This document shows, one piece after another, positions 1 to 11,979 of a stretch of DNA of 64,000 nucleotides. The DNA comes from Amphiscolops sp. MND2022 (taxonomy: Eukaryota). The translations under genes and the position numbers were made by a program. The notes under the pieces are model-generated. The model was not told where the DNA came from. It saw only the letters and a list, made by a program, of their open reading frames with translations, and did no database searches. The stretch is from contig OZ076414.1 in assembly GCA_964187785.1 (NCBI GenBank), positions 27,838,001 to 27,902,000 of the forward strand, given 5' to 3'. Each line of letters starts with the position of its first letter. The first letter of the stretch is position 1.

Positions 1-46
1 AGCGAGCTGTTGCTTAGACCAGGCTGCCAGCTCTATCTTCAACTAT

Positions 47-3000
47 GTGAAAGCCGCTACTCCCATTGAAGATAACCTGAATCAGTTTGCGGTTAACGTG
101 GCGACTGACCAAACTAATGTTATCGACAACGCCATCGTGCCGTCACTTCAGCAACTACTGAACTTTAACTCCGAAACCATGACAGAACTGCGACCTAACG
201 TCTTTCCTTCTACTGCCATCTACGCTTCGCATCCGCAACAACGTCCTAATTTTTGTGGACTGTCTTCGCTTCTGACTAATTCGTACGGTCCGAAACTGTC
301 TCTTTGGGTGAATAACCATGTAACCGCTACGACGTCGACGCCTATTACAACCACGCGGCAGTCATTTTTTACTGCTTGTACAAACACGAACGTCGTGTCA
401 ACACCTGCGGTAAATCGGCCGCCACGTGCACATGGTTCTGTTCATTATGGGAGCTCGCCTTTTCCTACACAAACGCTTGTATTACCGAATACGGGGCCAA
501 TAGCCGCACCAATAGGTCATCTTACTCCTTTTGCTGCCTCAACATTTAACGTCTCTCAGCCGAGTCACAATCCAAAACTTAGTCGAAGCCTTGAAATCGA
601 ACCGCAAGGGACCACTCCCCGAGAGGACACTATCCAAGTTTGACGGAGAACTTTTGTCAAGGCATGAGTGGTCGGATCAATTCAAGAGTGCGACCGACTC
701 GGCTAATTTGACGGACGACGAGAAACGCAGCTATTTGGAAACTTTGGTGACTGGTAAAACCAAAGTAGCAATCGCTGACGTTGCGTACACTGGACGGTTT
801 TATAGAGACAGTTTGAAAACGTTTGAACGCAAATTTGGTCAGCCAAAAGTAATCGTTGGTGCCTATTTTGATAAGTTAGCTAGTTACACCCCTGTCAAAA
901 TACATAGCTCCGAACAAATAATTGATTTCGCGAATTTCATTGCAAGCATTATAGATGTTTTTTTTTCACTGAACTACGAGAATGACTTGCGAGTAGCTGG
1001 TATGTTGAATCAAACTGTTTACAAACTACCACCGAAACTTTGCGAGCAATGGTCCATCCACACAGTAGTAAAAGACATGCTGCGACCTACGCTTATTGAT
1101 TTTAACGATTGGCTCAAACAAAAAGCAAAAGTCCATGAGCGAATGAATGTCTCAGGAGCCAACAAGCCGAAAGTCAAAAAAAGCAAAGGCAAAACTAACA
1201 GTAAGTCTCTTTCCGCCACAGCAGCGGCTACAGGGTCCACTTTGTCCACTACTCCCCGGCATGCGCGAAGGACCAACCCGGAAAGTAAATTTTTGCCCTG
1301 TCCATGTTGCAAAGGCAAATACCCATTGTGGAAGTGTGATGCATTCAAACGCATAACAATTTCTGCTTTTGATGCATGAATGGTGTATGAGCCAGTGAAT
1401 GCGACAAAAACATACAATGTACATCTCCAGACCGTTAAATCCACGGCAGCGTAATACTTTGTTGCACGGCGCAAGTCGCATCTTTCCATTGCGTCAGAAA
1501 AAGTCTTCGGATACACCGAAGTCGAATAATCCAGCTACCGCTACTGTCTTGAGCGGCAGTAAGTCTACCTGTAATTATACCGCAACGGATATTGACACTA
1601 GGGGTCTCATACCTGTCGTTTTGGTGAAAGTCTCCATTCTTTATGGATCAGCGGAAGTCTTAGCTTTGTGTGACACCGGAAGCGTTCACTCTTGGGCATC
1701 TGACGGGCTAGCCAAAACATTGTCTCTCACCGGCTCTCCCGCGAAAGTCGCTCCTAGTGGCATTTTATCCAATCAAGAAGTCATGACTGAACGTGTTGAA
1801 AATGTAGTTTCGTCTCTGCATGCTGATCCTCCCTTTTCATTTGACCTGAAACCATTCACTAAGTCATCGACAATCGGAAAGGAGCTCATTGATAAACCGG
1901 AACTACAAAGGCAACATCCCCATCCGGCTCCCATCCCTCCCATCGTTTATTATTATTCGGATGTTCAGCTCATTATTGGTCAAGACGCGTATTATGCCAT
2001 TCACCCAATTATTTGCCTTTAAGAGTGACCCCATGACCGAACCGTGGGCTGTTCAGCTGCCATTAGGATGGGGGGCTCTATATGGTGCAACACCTAAGCG
2101 AACGTCCCCTTCGTTTGTCTCCACGTGTTTTAAGGCAACTGTTGAAGACCTCTTGTTACCGGAGCAGGTGAAAGCGTGATATCACCTGGAATCTTATGGT
2201 TCCTGCGTTCAAGCCGATCATCGCTCAGCTGCAGACAAGCGTGCCAACAAAATCCTCGAGACAACCACAGTGCAATATGGAGAGCGATACTCAGTCGGCA
2301 TGCTGTGGGCAACAGACAACGTAACGCTGCCTAACAATTACTACGCTTCACTGGTCCAGCTGAAATCACTTGAACGGAGATTGGAAAAGGACCCAGAGCT
2401 CAAATCAAATTATATCAAATTTGTAAACGATGATCTTCGAAAGGGTTATGTGATCCCCGTTGGTGAGTTCAACTCCGAACACCGTTCCTCACGAAATTTG
2501 TATTTGCCACATCACCCCGTGGTAAAACCGAACAACCGGGGAAAGTTCGGCAGGCGCTATACGGGGCGTCAAAGTTTCATAGGAAGTCGCTGAATAGTTG
2601 TCTGTTAACAAGCCCTGATCTCTTGCAAGTCCTGCTACGGCGTTTTTCGCTTCCGGCAGTATCAGTATGCAGTTTCTGCAGATTTTGAAGGAATGTTCCT
2701 TCAGAATGTTGTGGCTTCCCCAGATCAAACATGTTTGCGTTTTTTGTGTCGGGAGGACCCCATACAGAATGTGGAGACACTCCAGTACACGATACACATT
2801 TTTCGAGCAAGAGACTCGCAGACGTGCGCTAACTTTGAGCTTCAACAAACAGCTAGAGACAACGAAGCCACCTATCTTTTTGCCGCAAAACCCGTCGAAC
2901 AGAAGTTCTATACGGACGAAAACCGCGTTTCTGTTGAGAATCCCGAAACCGCTTCAAAACTGAGTCAACAGCAAATTGAAATTTACTCAAACAAGTAGCT

Positions 3001-5490
3001 TCAAGTTAACAAACTTCATTCGTAACGTAAACAATTTATCTGAAACACTTGAGCCGTCCGTTCCTGTCCCATAAATTAAAGGAATAATTCAACACCCAAC
3101 GATCACGTCGCATGTTTTAGGTCTCAAATGGGATCACAAAGCTGACACTTTGAATGTGAGCTGAGGCGTCAAATTAAAGGACAATCGACCCAACACACAA
3201 CGCACAGTGTTGAGCACGGTGTCTGCCGTTTTCGATCCAAAGGGAATTGTTGCACCTTTTACCGTCGTTGCTGGCGTGCTCTTGAAAAATATTTGGAAAA
3301 TCAAAGGGCACCAGTTGGACGATCCACTGCCCGAAGACCTCTCTCATTGATTTGATGATTGGTGTTCCGGACTACCGTTGCTTCAAGACTTGACAATCCC
3401 TCGCGCATATTTCTCTAACCCAGTCGAAGAAATTGAGCTGCATATGTTTGGTGACTGCTCCAAGGACATCTGCGCGGTAGAATTCCTTCGAGCTAAGTGT
3501 CAAGGCTCAAACATTGCGCATTTGTCATTCGTATTAGGCAAAGCACGTGTTGCGCCTATGAAATCAATATTAATTCCTGAACTCGAGTTGCACTCTTACG
3601 TCAGAAAACTTTGATGTGCCACAGACTTTCATGTGGACTGATAGCAGCACAGATCTTCAATGGCTTGCTTCAGCAAATAAACAGCCTGTTTTTGTTGCGA
3701 ACCGCGTAGCGGAAAATTTGGAAATCAGAACAATCGACCAATGATTTCACGTTCCTACTGCTAATAAACCATCAGACGCTGGAAGGCGAGGGGCTCGCTG
3801 CAGCAGATCTTCCATGTTGTTGCTGGGTTAAAAGGCCTAATTTCCTTCGAACATCCGACTGGCGGTTTGAACCGAAACCATCTGCCATCTACACTATTAA
3901 ACCAACAGAAACGTGTGCAACTGACGAATTACAGTCCAACTCGCTGCCAGCGGCGTCGCCGCCTAACTCCCCCGTCATAGTTTGGAGTAAGTATAGCTCT
4001 TATCTCAAACTCATCCGAATTGTCGCTTACCTTCTTCGGCGTTCGCCTCGTATCCGCATTTTTCGTTCCATTAAAGGCAAAATCGAGGATCCAAGCGAGT
4101 TGGAGAATACCGAAAAGAAACTACTCTACTTGTCGCAAGTAGACTCTTTTCCTAACGATCTTCTTGCCGCTAAAGGTCAAAAGTCGGGCAAACTCCGTCT
4201 CCTGTCATTTTCCCCTTTCACTGGGCCTGATAAGTTGTTACGCTCACAGAGCCGACTGCGGCGTCTTTCAGACGTTGGATACGACACCAAACACCCCGTA
4301 ATTTTTGATGGCAACCATCCCTTCATCAAGTTAATGCTGACACATCTGCATCAAAGTTACCATCACCTGGGCTTTGACTATGTAAGTGCCTAAGTGGGCC
4401 ATAAATACATCATTCTGAAGATCCGCTCCATCCTTCGAACCATCCGCTACCAATGAATTCCTTCTCGAAAACGTTACGCCGTAATCGTAAACCCCATGAT
4501 GGCCGACTAACCGAAAGAAAGGCTTGGCTATCTTGAGCCAGCCTTCAGTAACTGCGGGGTGGAATACTTTGGCCCCTTCATTATTTCCATTCGGCGCAGC
4601 TCGGAGAAAAGATGGGTGTTCCTGTTTACGTGACTCACCACCCGAGCAATACACCTGTAAATATCTAGTTTTTTGGACACCAGTGCGTGCGTTGTTGGAA
4701 TTGACCGCTTTATAGCTGGGCGAGGAATGCCCAATGTAAAATGGTCCGACAATGGAACTAAGTGTGTCGGGGCCGCGAAAGAGCTCCTCGAGGTCACCCT
4801 TCGCGGGAATGACTACGCGCCCGCCGCACTCGTTTGCAAGGGTATTCGGTGGAAGATTAGGTTCATCTTGAAGCGGTGAAGCGCCCGCTTCAAGGTGGGC
4901 CCTGGGAAATAATGGTCCGTAGTTGCAAGAGAGTCTTCTACAGTATCCGCGGGAACCGCAGAATGACAGATGAAACTCTGAGCACCTCTATTTCCCTGGT
5001 CGAACAAGCACTGCATAATCGCCCGCTGACGCCCGTTAGTGACGACCTGAATGAATTGGAAGCGTTAGCGCCTAGTCACTTCCTTTTAGGCCGACCATTC
5101 CAGGCATTACCAAGTCTAGTTCCGGGAGATGAACCAGATATCCGTCGACGGTACACTAAAGCTCAAGCCTATGCCAACCCAATATGGGTTAGGTGGATGA
5201 AAGAATACGTACCATCGTTGCATAAGCCTGGTAAGTGGAACAAGCACTCTGATGTCAGCCTGAAAGCTCCCCCTTGTGTGGGTTGTCGGTTGTGCAAACC
5301 CACGAGGTTGGTATCCACTCGCTCGCATAACCTCGTTGCGTTATGGGGCCGGTTCCGTATCCCACTCCGCCAAGTTACGAACTTCTACTGGCTCACTTGT
5401 TCGCCCGCTGGTCAAATTTGCTCCTGTCTTCGGGCAACCATCTTCGTTGCGGGGCGGAGGATGTTGTTGGCAAACATCATAAGCAAGTGA
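47..5490 (+). pseudogene. gag-pol pseudogene of the first BEL/Pao element
   Basis: ORF-track fragments 47-643, 531-1379, 1399-2022, 2270-2593, 2667-2998, 3378-3614, 4100-4393, 4876-5490 each carry consecutive BEL domain pieces in alternating frames. Confidence 0.9.
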
Positions 5491-5655
5491 CAACTAACTA
5501 TTGACAATTCTTTTAGAACATGAAACCCCTAAAACTGAAATGATTGACAACAACTTTTGTCCTCTTACATAACAAGCTGGTGTTTTCGAGTCTGGTTCGG
5601 ACTTTGTTCAATAATAAAGCTCTTAAAAATCTTTCACTTGAAGTTATAAAACTCA
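5451..5655 (+). repeat. Polypurine tract and 3' LTR of the first BEL element (3' end uncertain)
   Basis: GGGGCGGAGGA (5451-5461) immediately followed by TGTTG (5462); AATAAA at 5613-5618; candidate CA ends at ~5636 or 5655. The partner LTR is outside the window. Confidence 0.6.
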
Positions 5656-6286
5656 TGTGCAGTAGAGCCATTCATGTAAACGATTGCTATTTCATTTGAT
5701 TTCACCACATCTTGAAATTAACTCTTCGTCACTAAAAGGAAATGTGTTCTTTTAGTCTATGAGGTAATTTGGTCTCTTGTGGAGCTTCCTTCATGCTTCT
5801 AGTTGGTAAAAAATCTTTCTTAGCATCAAACGTTGCTCTTCGGCTTTTTCAACATAAATGGTTTCACTGAAGCAATATTTCTGTGGAAGGATCAAAAAGG
5901 CTTCCAAATAATTGTACTTTAAGTCAGGATTATCAATAGCTGTATGCTACTGTGTCGAAATCACTATAGGCAAAGTGATTTCTGGCACAAATTTGGAGCG
6001 AAAAAGAACAAAAAATTCCGGCACAAACTTTCCTAGCTGCCAGTTTTTCGTATTTATGACAACAGTTTTTCAAGAAATTTGGCTTGGAACTTTGCCATTT
6101 CAAGCAAGGAGTCGTTTTAAAATTTTCCGACCCCAGATTTTATAAATGGGGGAGGAAAATCATGATCTGTGACGCGTTTTTTTCCAAATTTTGCCAAATC
6201 TCCACAATCTCCACCTTTTGATTACTTGACTATTTTATAAAGCTACTAGTAACTAAAATAGTCAAGTAACTAAAATAGCATATAGC

Positions 6287-6385
6287 GGGAATAAAATCTA
6301 AAGTCGAAAAAGGGAATAAGATCTAAAGGGAATAAGATCTAAAGGCAATAAGATCTTGAATTTCAGGGCGGGAATAAGATCTAAA
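6287..6385 (+). repeat. Array of five copies of the 16-mer GGGAATAAGATCTAAA
   Basis: Copies at 6287, 6311, 6327, 6343 and 6370; the same 16-mer recurs at 41628-41643. Confidence 0.85.
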
Positions 6386-6551
6386 AGGAATATCCTCCCA
6401 AAATAGCTATGGCTCAGTTGGTGAAGGCGAACAGGGCGGAAAATATCCCGGTGTTTAGCGGGCGTCTTGTTTTAGAACGCAGCTGTAATGACGTGATGTA
6501 TGGTGGCATGTTTAGAGGCAGTCAGTAGAATATTCCATGTTTATGTTTCAG

Positions 6552-6697
6552 CGTTCACTGGAGTGGCTCTTCTGTTCATCAGTGCGGTGTACTCTACCAC
6601 CTACGGGGCCTCCCTGGTGTGCATTGTAGCCGCACTCGCCCTCTCTGGGGTGTCAGCAGCTGGGTTCCTCCCTAACCACATCGACATCGCTCCTCAG
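6552..6697 (+). CDS. SLC17-family (sialin/VGLUT-like) anion transporter, internal coding exon
   Basis: TTCAG acceptor ending 6551 and GTTAG donor at 6698; encodes AFTGVALLFISAVYSTTYGASLVCIVAALALSGVSAAGFLPNHIDIAPQ, carrying the SLC17 NH(L/I)DIAP signature. Confidence 0.9.
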
Positions 6698-7170
6698 GTT
6701 AGCAGACTTGTCGGGTCTTTTCTGTTCTATCAAAGCCCCCCTTCTATCAACCCTAAGTGGACTAGTAAAATTCCGGATTTATCCAAAAATAGGATGCTTA
6801 AACTATAAACCGCATATCTCCTAAAGTATTCAAGCCCGACAAACGATTGAGAGCGCGTTCGAAAGAAGAGAGTCAGGGCTTTCGAATCAATTTTTGAATT
6901 GTATGGCTTCGCCGCACAGGCTCCGGACTTTGCGCCAAAACTTTGCACGCCTCGTGTCTCCGGCTGCATTTCACCATGTTTCAAAACATGCTAGGGCCAC
7001 ACTGGCCCAATCTCGATACCAGTGAAATATATATGCCACAAATAAAAACAGGAAAAACTGAATATCTGCGCGCAATTTTTTTACTCAAGACTTGATTTCG
7101 GAGACAACATGTCAATATTCCGTGAAAAGGCATGCAATGCTATGTAATATTGTCTGAAAATCTGGAAGGC

Positions 7171-7286
7171 GGAAATTTCATCGCCAGAAATTTCGTCGTC
7201 AGAAATTTCGTCGTAGGAAATTTTGTCGTAATAACAAATCCAGAAATTTCGTCGTCAAAAAGATCGTCGTCGGAAATTTCGTCGTA
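7171..7286 (+). repeat. Seven-copy 15-bp minisatellite (consensus RGAAATTTCGTCGTM)
   Basis: Units at 7171, 7186, 7201, 7216, 7242, 7257 and 7272. Confidence 0.85.
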
Positions 7287-8550
7287 TTGATTAGAATTAA
7301 CAGCATTCACCAGAGGAAACCATTTCAATTATTCAATTATTTAAATGAGTTCTTGAGAACAAGTTTCTTTTTGACGCCAAAATTGAGTCAAAAAGATTAT
7401 TGCATTCAATCAACTCATCAAGACTCTTATCAAGATCTATTTTACTGGTCTGCGTTCATTTCACCCCAAGATCATTTCGTAGAACCATAAAAAACAGAAC
7501 GCATGAAAAAGTTTTGTTTTTCAAAATCGTAATATTTATACACAAGGCGCTGATATTGTATTTTTTTTGTCAATCATTCAAAATGGAGCTCTCTTTTGCA
7601 TTAAAATTGGGGCTTCAGCATACAGTTTGAGATAGTTCCAGTGGTGAATTTTTGCAGAAAAGAACCGTTTTGTCAAACATGAATTGAGCATGAAATAATG
7701 ATTTCTACAATTTCAAAGGTATGCGCAGTATTCTTTATCTCAAGGAACTTTCTATTTGCCCAAAATGCTGGTTATTTTATTGGCAAACTGTCCCTTTTAT
7801 TCTTCAGTCATTCATTTCGTTTTGTTCAACACAGTTTGATGATGAAATTTGGCAACCTGCTGTACAGTTCACGTGACAACTTTTGTTTACCTACAATATG
7901 ACCTTTGAGTTGTCATCACTGAATATACCATGCAAATTCATCAATATTACACCATCTCAATAATGATGTTTGATAGAAATGAACCAAAGTCTCAAGACTT
8001 ATCGTATTAGAAGTGGAATATTTAGGACTAATTATAGCTGGGAAACTCATTGCAACACATGTCGGTACAGATCTGACGACGTCATATTGCAAAATCGACC
8101 TTCAAGTTATTAGTTCTCGCATTCAAATTTGAAGGTACATCAATGTGAGAAAAGCTTTAAAGCCGTGCAGGAGTTTTTGAATCAAGCTTTGTAGTGAATC
8201 AATTGATTGAAAAAAAATCAAATGTTTTCTTGTTGAATTTTTTGTACTTTTGCAGGTTCTTTAAATTTCCAGCAACATTTATTTTTTATATGTATAATTT
8301 TTGACTTTCTTAAGTTAAAGCGGAATTGTTTTTTGGCTTTTCTCTTCGACTTTTATCATCGGAAGCTTAGTGAATTTTTTTTAGTTTTATAAAAAAAATA
8401 TTCTGTAAACAGGCCTGCAGGGTGGAAAATGTTCCTGCAGCCTTGACCAGGGATGTAAAAATTATATTGAAAATGAATAATTATCTTTACTTCTGTACAA
8501 TATAATTGTTCCAGTGTATTTATTTTTTGATATATTTTAATTTTGATGTA

Positions 8551-8650
8551 ATATTGTAATATATTGTAATATTAATGCTAGCAAGTATCAACAAAATGTA
8601 ATATTGTAATATATTGTAATATTAATGTTAGCAAGTATCAACAAAATGTA
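8551..8650 (+). repeat. 50-bp tandem duplication
   Basis: 8551-8600 and 8601-8650 are identical except for one substitution (GCT/GTT). Confidence 0.95.
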
Positions 8651-8836
8651 CTGTCATCCACATTGCAAGCTGACTTTGACTCTACGTTAAAACTACAAGG
8701 TGATTGAAGTTGATTTGTATTAAAATGGCGGTAAAACTGATATTCTCAGTTGCATTTAAAAATAGAACTATCCTTAGTCGAGATTGCTTGAACTTTTTAA
8801 ATGCTGCATGGATACATGCAGGCTATTTTTGTTTAC

Positions 8837-9234
8837 AAAACATGGAAAATTCACGGACCATACGTGAAAACATTTTGTAGGATTACAATGCAGCTTCCTC
8901 TATTTTAACTAATACAGAAAACATTTCCACTTCTTCACCGCCGCGATCACTTTGTTTTAACGCTGAAGTTTCTCGAGATCACACCTTATGTAATCACCGT
9001 TGGTCAACTATTAATGCATCTAAATAATTACTGCTTTTAATCATTAATAATTACTGCTTAATGAAACATGCAAAACCGGCTCAGAATTGCCGCCAGATTT
9101 AAGATTCATCTTAAAGGCGACTTGATAACAATAAATTGAATCAGTGAAAATTTATTGAATGGAAATTTATAAAATCATGAAAGCTTAGCTTGGTAACCTA
9201 CAAAAACATGTAAAAAGTCCTAGGAATTTCAACC
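8837..9234 (+). repeat. Diverged dispersed repeat, copy 1 (copy 2 at 17765-18244)
   Basis: Collinear shared blocks AAAACATGGAAAATTCA, ACATTTCCACTTCTTCACC, CTCAGAATTGCCGCCA and TTAGCTTGGTAACCTACAAAAAC in both copies. Confidence 0.85.
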
Positions 9235-9796
9235 AGGGATTGCTTATTGAAATTCCTAAAACTTCATGGCTCCGAAGTGATCCAAATTTAGGATAAATTT
9301 CTTTGGCAGCTTGGTAAGTTTATTGAATTGGTCAAATTTCAGTGCATAGAAGCTTACGTGTGAGTTCATAGATTCATGATGAATTAGCTTGAAAACTTAC
9401 AAAAACATATGAAAAGATCAAGCAGTTTCAACCTGTGTGATTTGGATGATACACGCGAAATACACAAAACTCAACTTAATTTATTGGCCAACTGTTATGA
9501 AGCATTACTATTCGTGTAGGAAAAATCAATTCAAAAAGTTTTGTAAAATTCTTGATGGTTACAATTGCAGTCCAAGAAGTGTTCAAACAAAATCTTTGTT
9601 CAAACAATATCTTTTTTTCGTCACACAATAAGTACACAATTTTTAATAAAACTTTTAACTGCAATATTTTACATCCCCTCGTCTCGACTAGGGTTTTCAT
9701 TTTGGTATGAACTTACCAACAAAGCGAATAGACAAACAAATTTGTAACTGAAAGTTTAGGCACAAAATACAACCAGAAAACTCAAAAATTGTCCAT

Positions 9797-10052
9797 ATAA
9801 TGATAATTTAGGTTTTTCTTACACCAGCTAAAATGTCAGTCAGAAATCTGATTGGGAGAACAAAATGAAAATCAAAACGTCTCTTCATCAAAGCTTTTAA
9901 AATTTTGTAGTAAAAATTATAACAGTTCAAAATTCCGGAATTTTTTTCTCCAGAGTTTTAAATACTTGGATGAAGAGACGTTTTGAATTTTATTTTGTTC
10001 TCCCTCTTAGATTTTTGACCGGCATTTTTGGAAAAACCTAAATAATCATTAT
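9797..10052. mobile_element. 256-bp fold-back MITE-like element
   Basis: About 100-bp imperfect inverted arms, e.g. GGGAGAACAAAAT...CAAAACGTCTCTTCATC on the left versus GATGAAGAGACGTTTTG...ATTTTGTTCTCCC on the right; outer ends TAATGATAATTTAGG / CCTAAATAATCATTA. Confidence 0.75.
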
Positions 10053-11979
10053 CTAAACTATTTATTCTCAGAAAATTCCGTCGCTTCATTTGCTCAAATA
10101 TTGTCCACTTGATAGTTTTCTAACAAAAAGTATGAATTGGAATGTTTTCACCAGTATAGTGGGGGTTTTATTTTATGTAGCATCAAATAGAAACGCTAAA
10201 TTGCTTTCCCTAGATGGTTAGTGAAAGTCGAATTATATTTTCAAGTCGAAAGCCCTTGAAATTGCAATCGAGCTTGCGAAAATTTTGGGAGAACTTGGGC
10301 GGGATTTGAACAAGAATGATTAACTCCCACGCCCTGTGCAAGCGTCCCAGATACCTTGAACATGGCTAATTAGACAAACCCTGGTTTCGCCTTGAATATT
10401 TGATTTGCGTCTAGAAAAAGTGCTAAGCTAGATTGGTAACTCAAAACACCTGGTGTTAAGTAACACCTAATTACTCCACTCCACACTTTAAGTCGGTGAC
10501 TGCCCCCAAAGTGTTTTCATGCGTCTTTGTTTTCATACCCTCAGTCTGGTATTTTTTCCACGAGATAGATAAAAAGTTTATCAAGATTATAATAATAGGA
10601 CCGTATAGGTAGATACTATATATACTTGGAAATTATTGCGCAACGTAATGTAAAATGGCATGTGCTTGCGAAACAGAGCCGATGTAGTGGAAATACCCCC
10701 ACGCATGGAAAAATGGGAATTAGTCCGTCCCATCAGAAATAATCTCGTCCTCATGGGAAATGGTTGGGTTAAATCATCCTGGCTTAACCTTCCTGTTGCA
10801 AGGAAAAGGCATAAATGACAAATGAATCCTTGGGATAACGCAAGCTCCGTCGAACATTTTGTGAACTTGGACAAACCACATATTTCATGTAAATTACATC
10901 TACTTCAAATGAATTCCCTTATTTACTGTTACAGCTCAGTACCCAAGCCCTTGATTCCCCAGAGTGATTGAATCTTCAGAAGTTAAATTTTGCAATTCAT
11001 TAAGCTGGGAAAGGTTTCCATAGAATACGTAAGAAGGAAATGTAACGTTGCCTCAAATATCGGAATCTGTTCACATTTGGGCCTTTTTAGAGTCGTGCTC
11101 AAAAGAAAATATGCTCAAAAGTCAAAGTTTTTCAGTCCTTATATCAAAATCATATGAATGTATGTCAGTTGGCAAAAGCCAGAACGAGTATTTTACTTGC
11201 ATAGATTTCCAAAAATTTCTTGAATTAGATATGTAACTAGGGTAGATTTAAATTTTCATTACAAAATATTTGACGGATCCTGGTGGTCACAAATACTAGA
11301 ACGCATTTCCAAAAAAAATCAAATTTCTTTTTAAAAGACTTGCCACAAAAACCGACTGTGCTGGTGCTAAAATCGGGGTTAGGTTCGTTTAATTCCCACC
11401 AAATTAGCCAATTCTTTTCGTGTACAGAAAAAGCGTCATTTCTATAGTCATAAACGCCTAAGTCAAAAGCATCGCAATATAATGTTCGAGTTTAAATGTT
11501 CCGCCTCTAATGGAACTTAATTGAAGGCGCTGAAAGAATATGATGCCTCAACGGTAATTCCCAGTTTAGCATTTTCAAACTAACCAATTCCCCATTGAAA
11601 ACCAGCTAAACCGTTAATTTTGGCAGTTCAGAAAAAGTATATTTCGAATTAAAGAAGCAAGTTGTAACAAGTTATAAACCCATCGTGTAAGAAAAATTGA
11701 TAATTATTCAGATGGAGCTTTAATTTGTGGTGGGAAAAAATTAAACGGTCAGTATACTCGGGGCGATTTTGACTGAGTAATGCATTTTTTAAAAACCGGC
11801 TTCTTTCCAAGAATGATTTGACTCGTTCATAGAAAAAAACAGTGAACATTTCTTTATTTTACTAAAAGAACAGGACCTCTATCAATAACAACTGATTCAT
11901 GAAAAAACAACCATAAACAACCATTTGTAAAAAAACGCCTTGACTACAGTTTTTGGTTTTCACTGAGTCACAAAACATT

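Larger units (their letters stand above)
1..5655 (+). mobile_element. Decayed BEL/Pao LTR retrotransposon (5' part outside window)
   Basis: Fragmented ORFs in BEL order: gag DUF1759-like (KFDGELLSRHEWSDQFKS), Zn knuckle (CPCCKGKYPLWKC), protease (LCDTGS), RT (YLPHHPVVKP; catalytic motif decayed to YTDEN), RNase H/Pao peptidase A17 region (LHMFGDCS, GKARVAPMK), integrase (SDNGT, GPWEIMVRSCK). Many stops and frameshifts. Confidence 0.93.

Noticed and set aside
5746-5768. Possible 8-nt micro-exon (TTTTAG|TCTATGAG|GTAATT) upstream of the SLC17 exon
   Set aside because: Splice-like motifs of this length occur by chance; no protein-level support without the upstream exons.
6405-6470. tRNA-like A-box TGGCTCAGTTGG
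   Set aside because: No B-box or cloverleaf follows; at most a SINE remnant. B-box-like GGGATTTGAA at ~10300 and ~42800 likewise lack the remaining tRNA structure.
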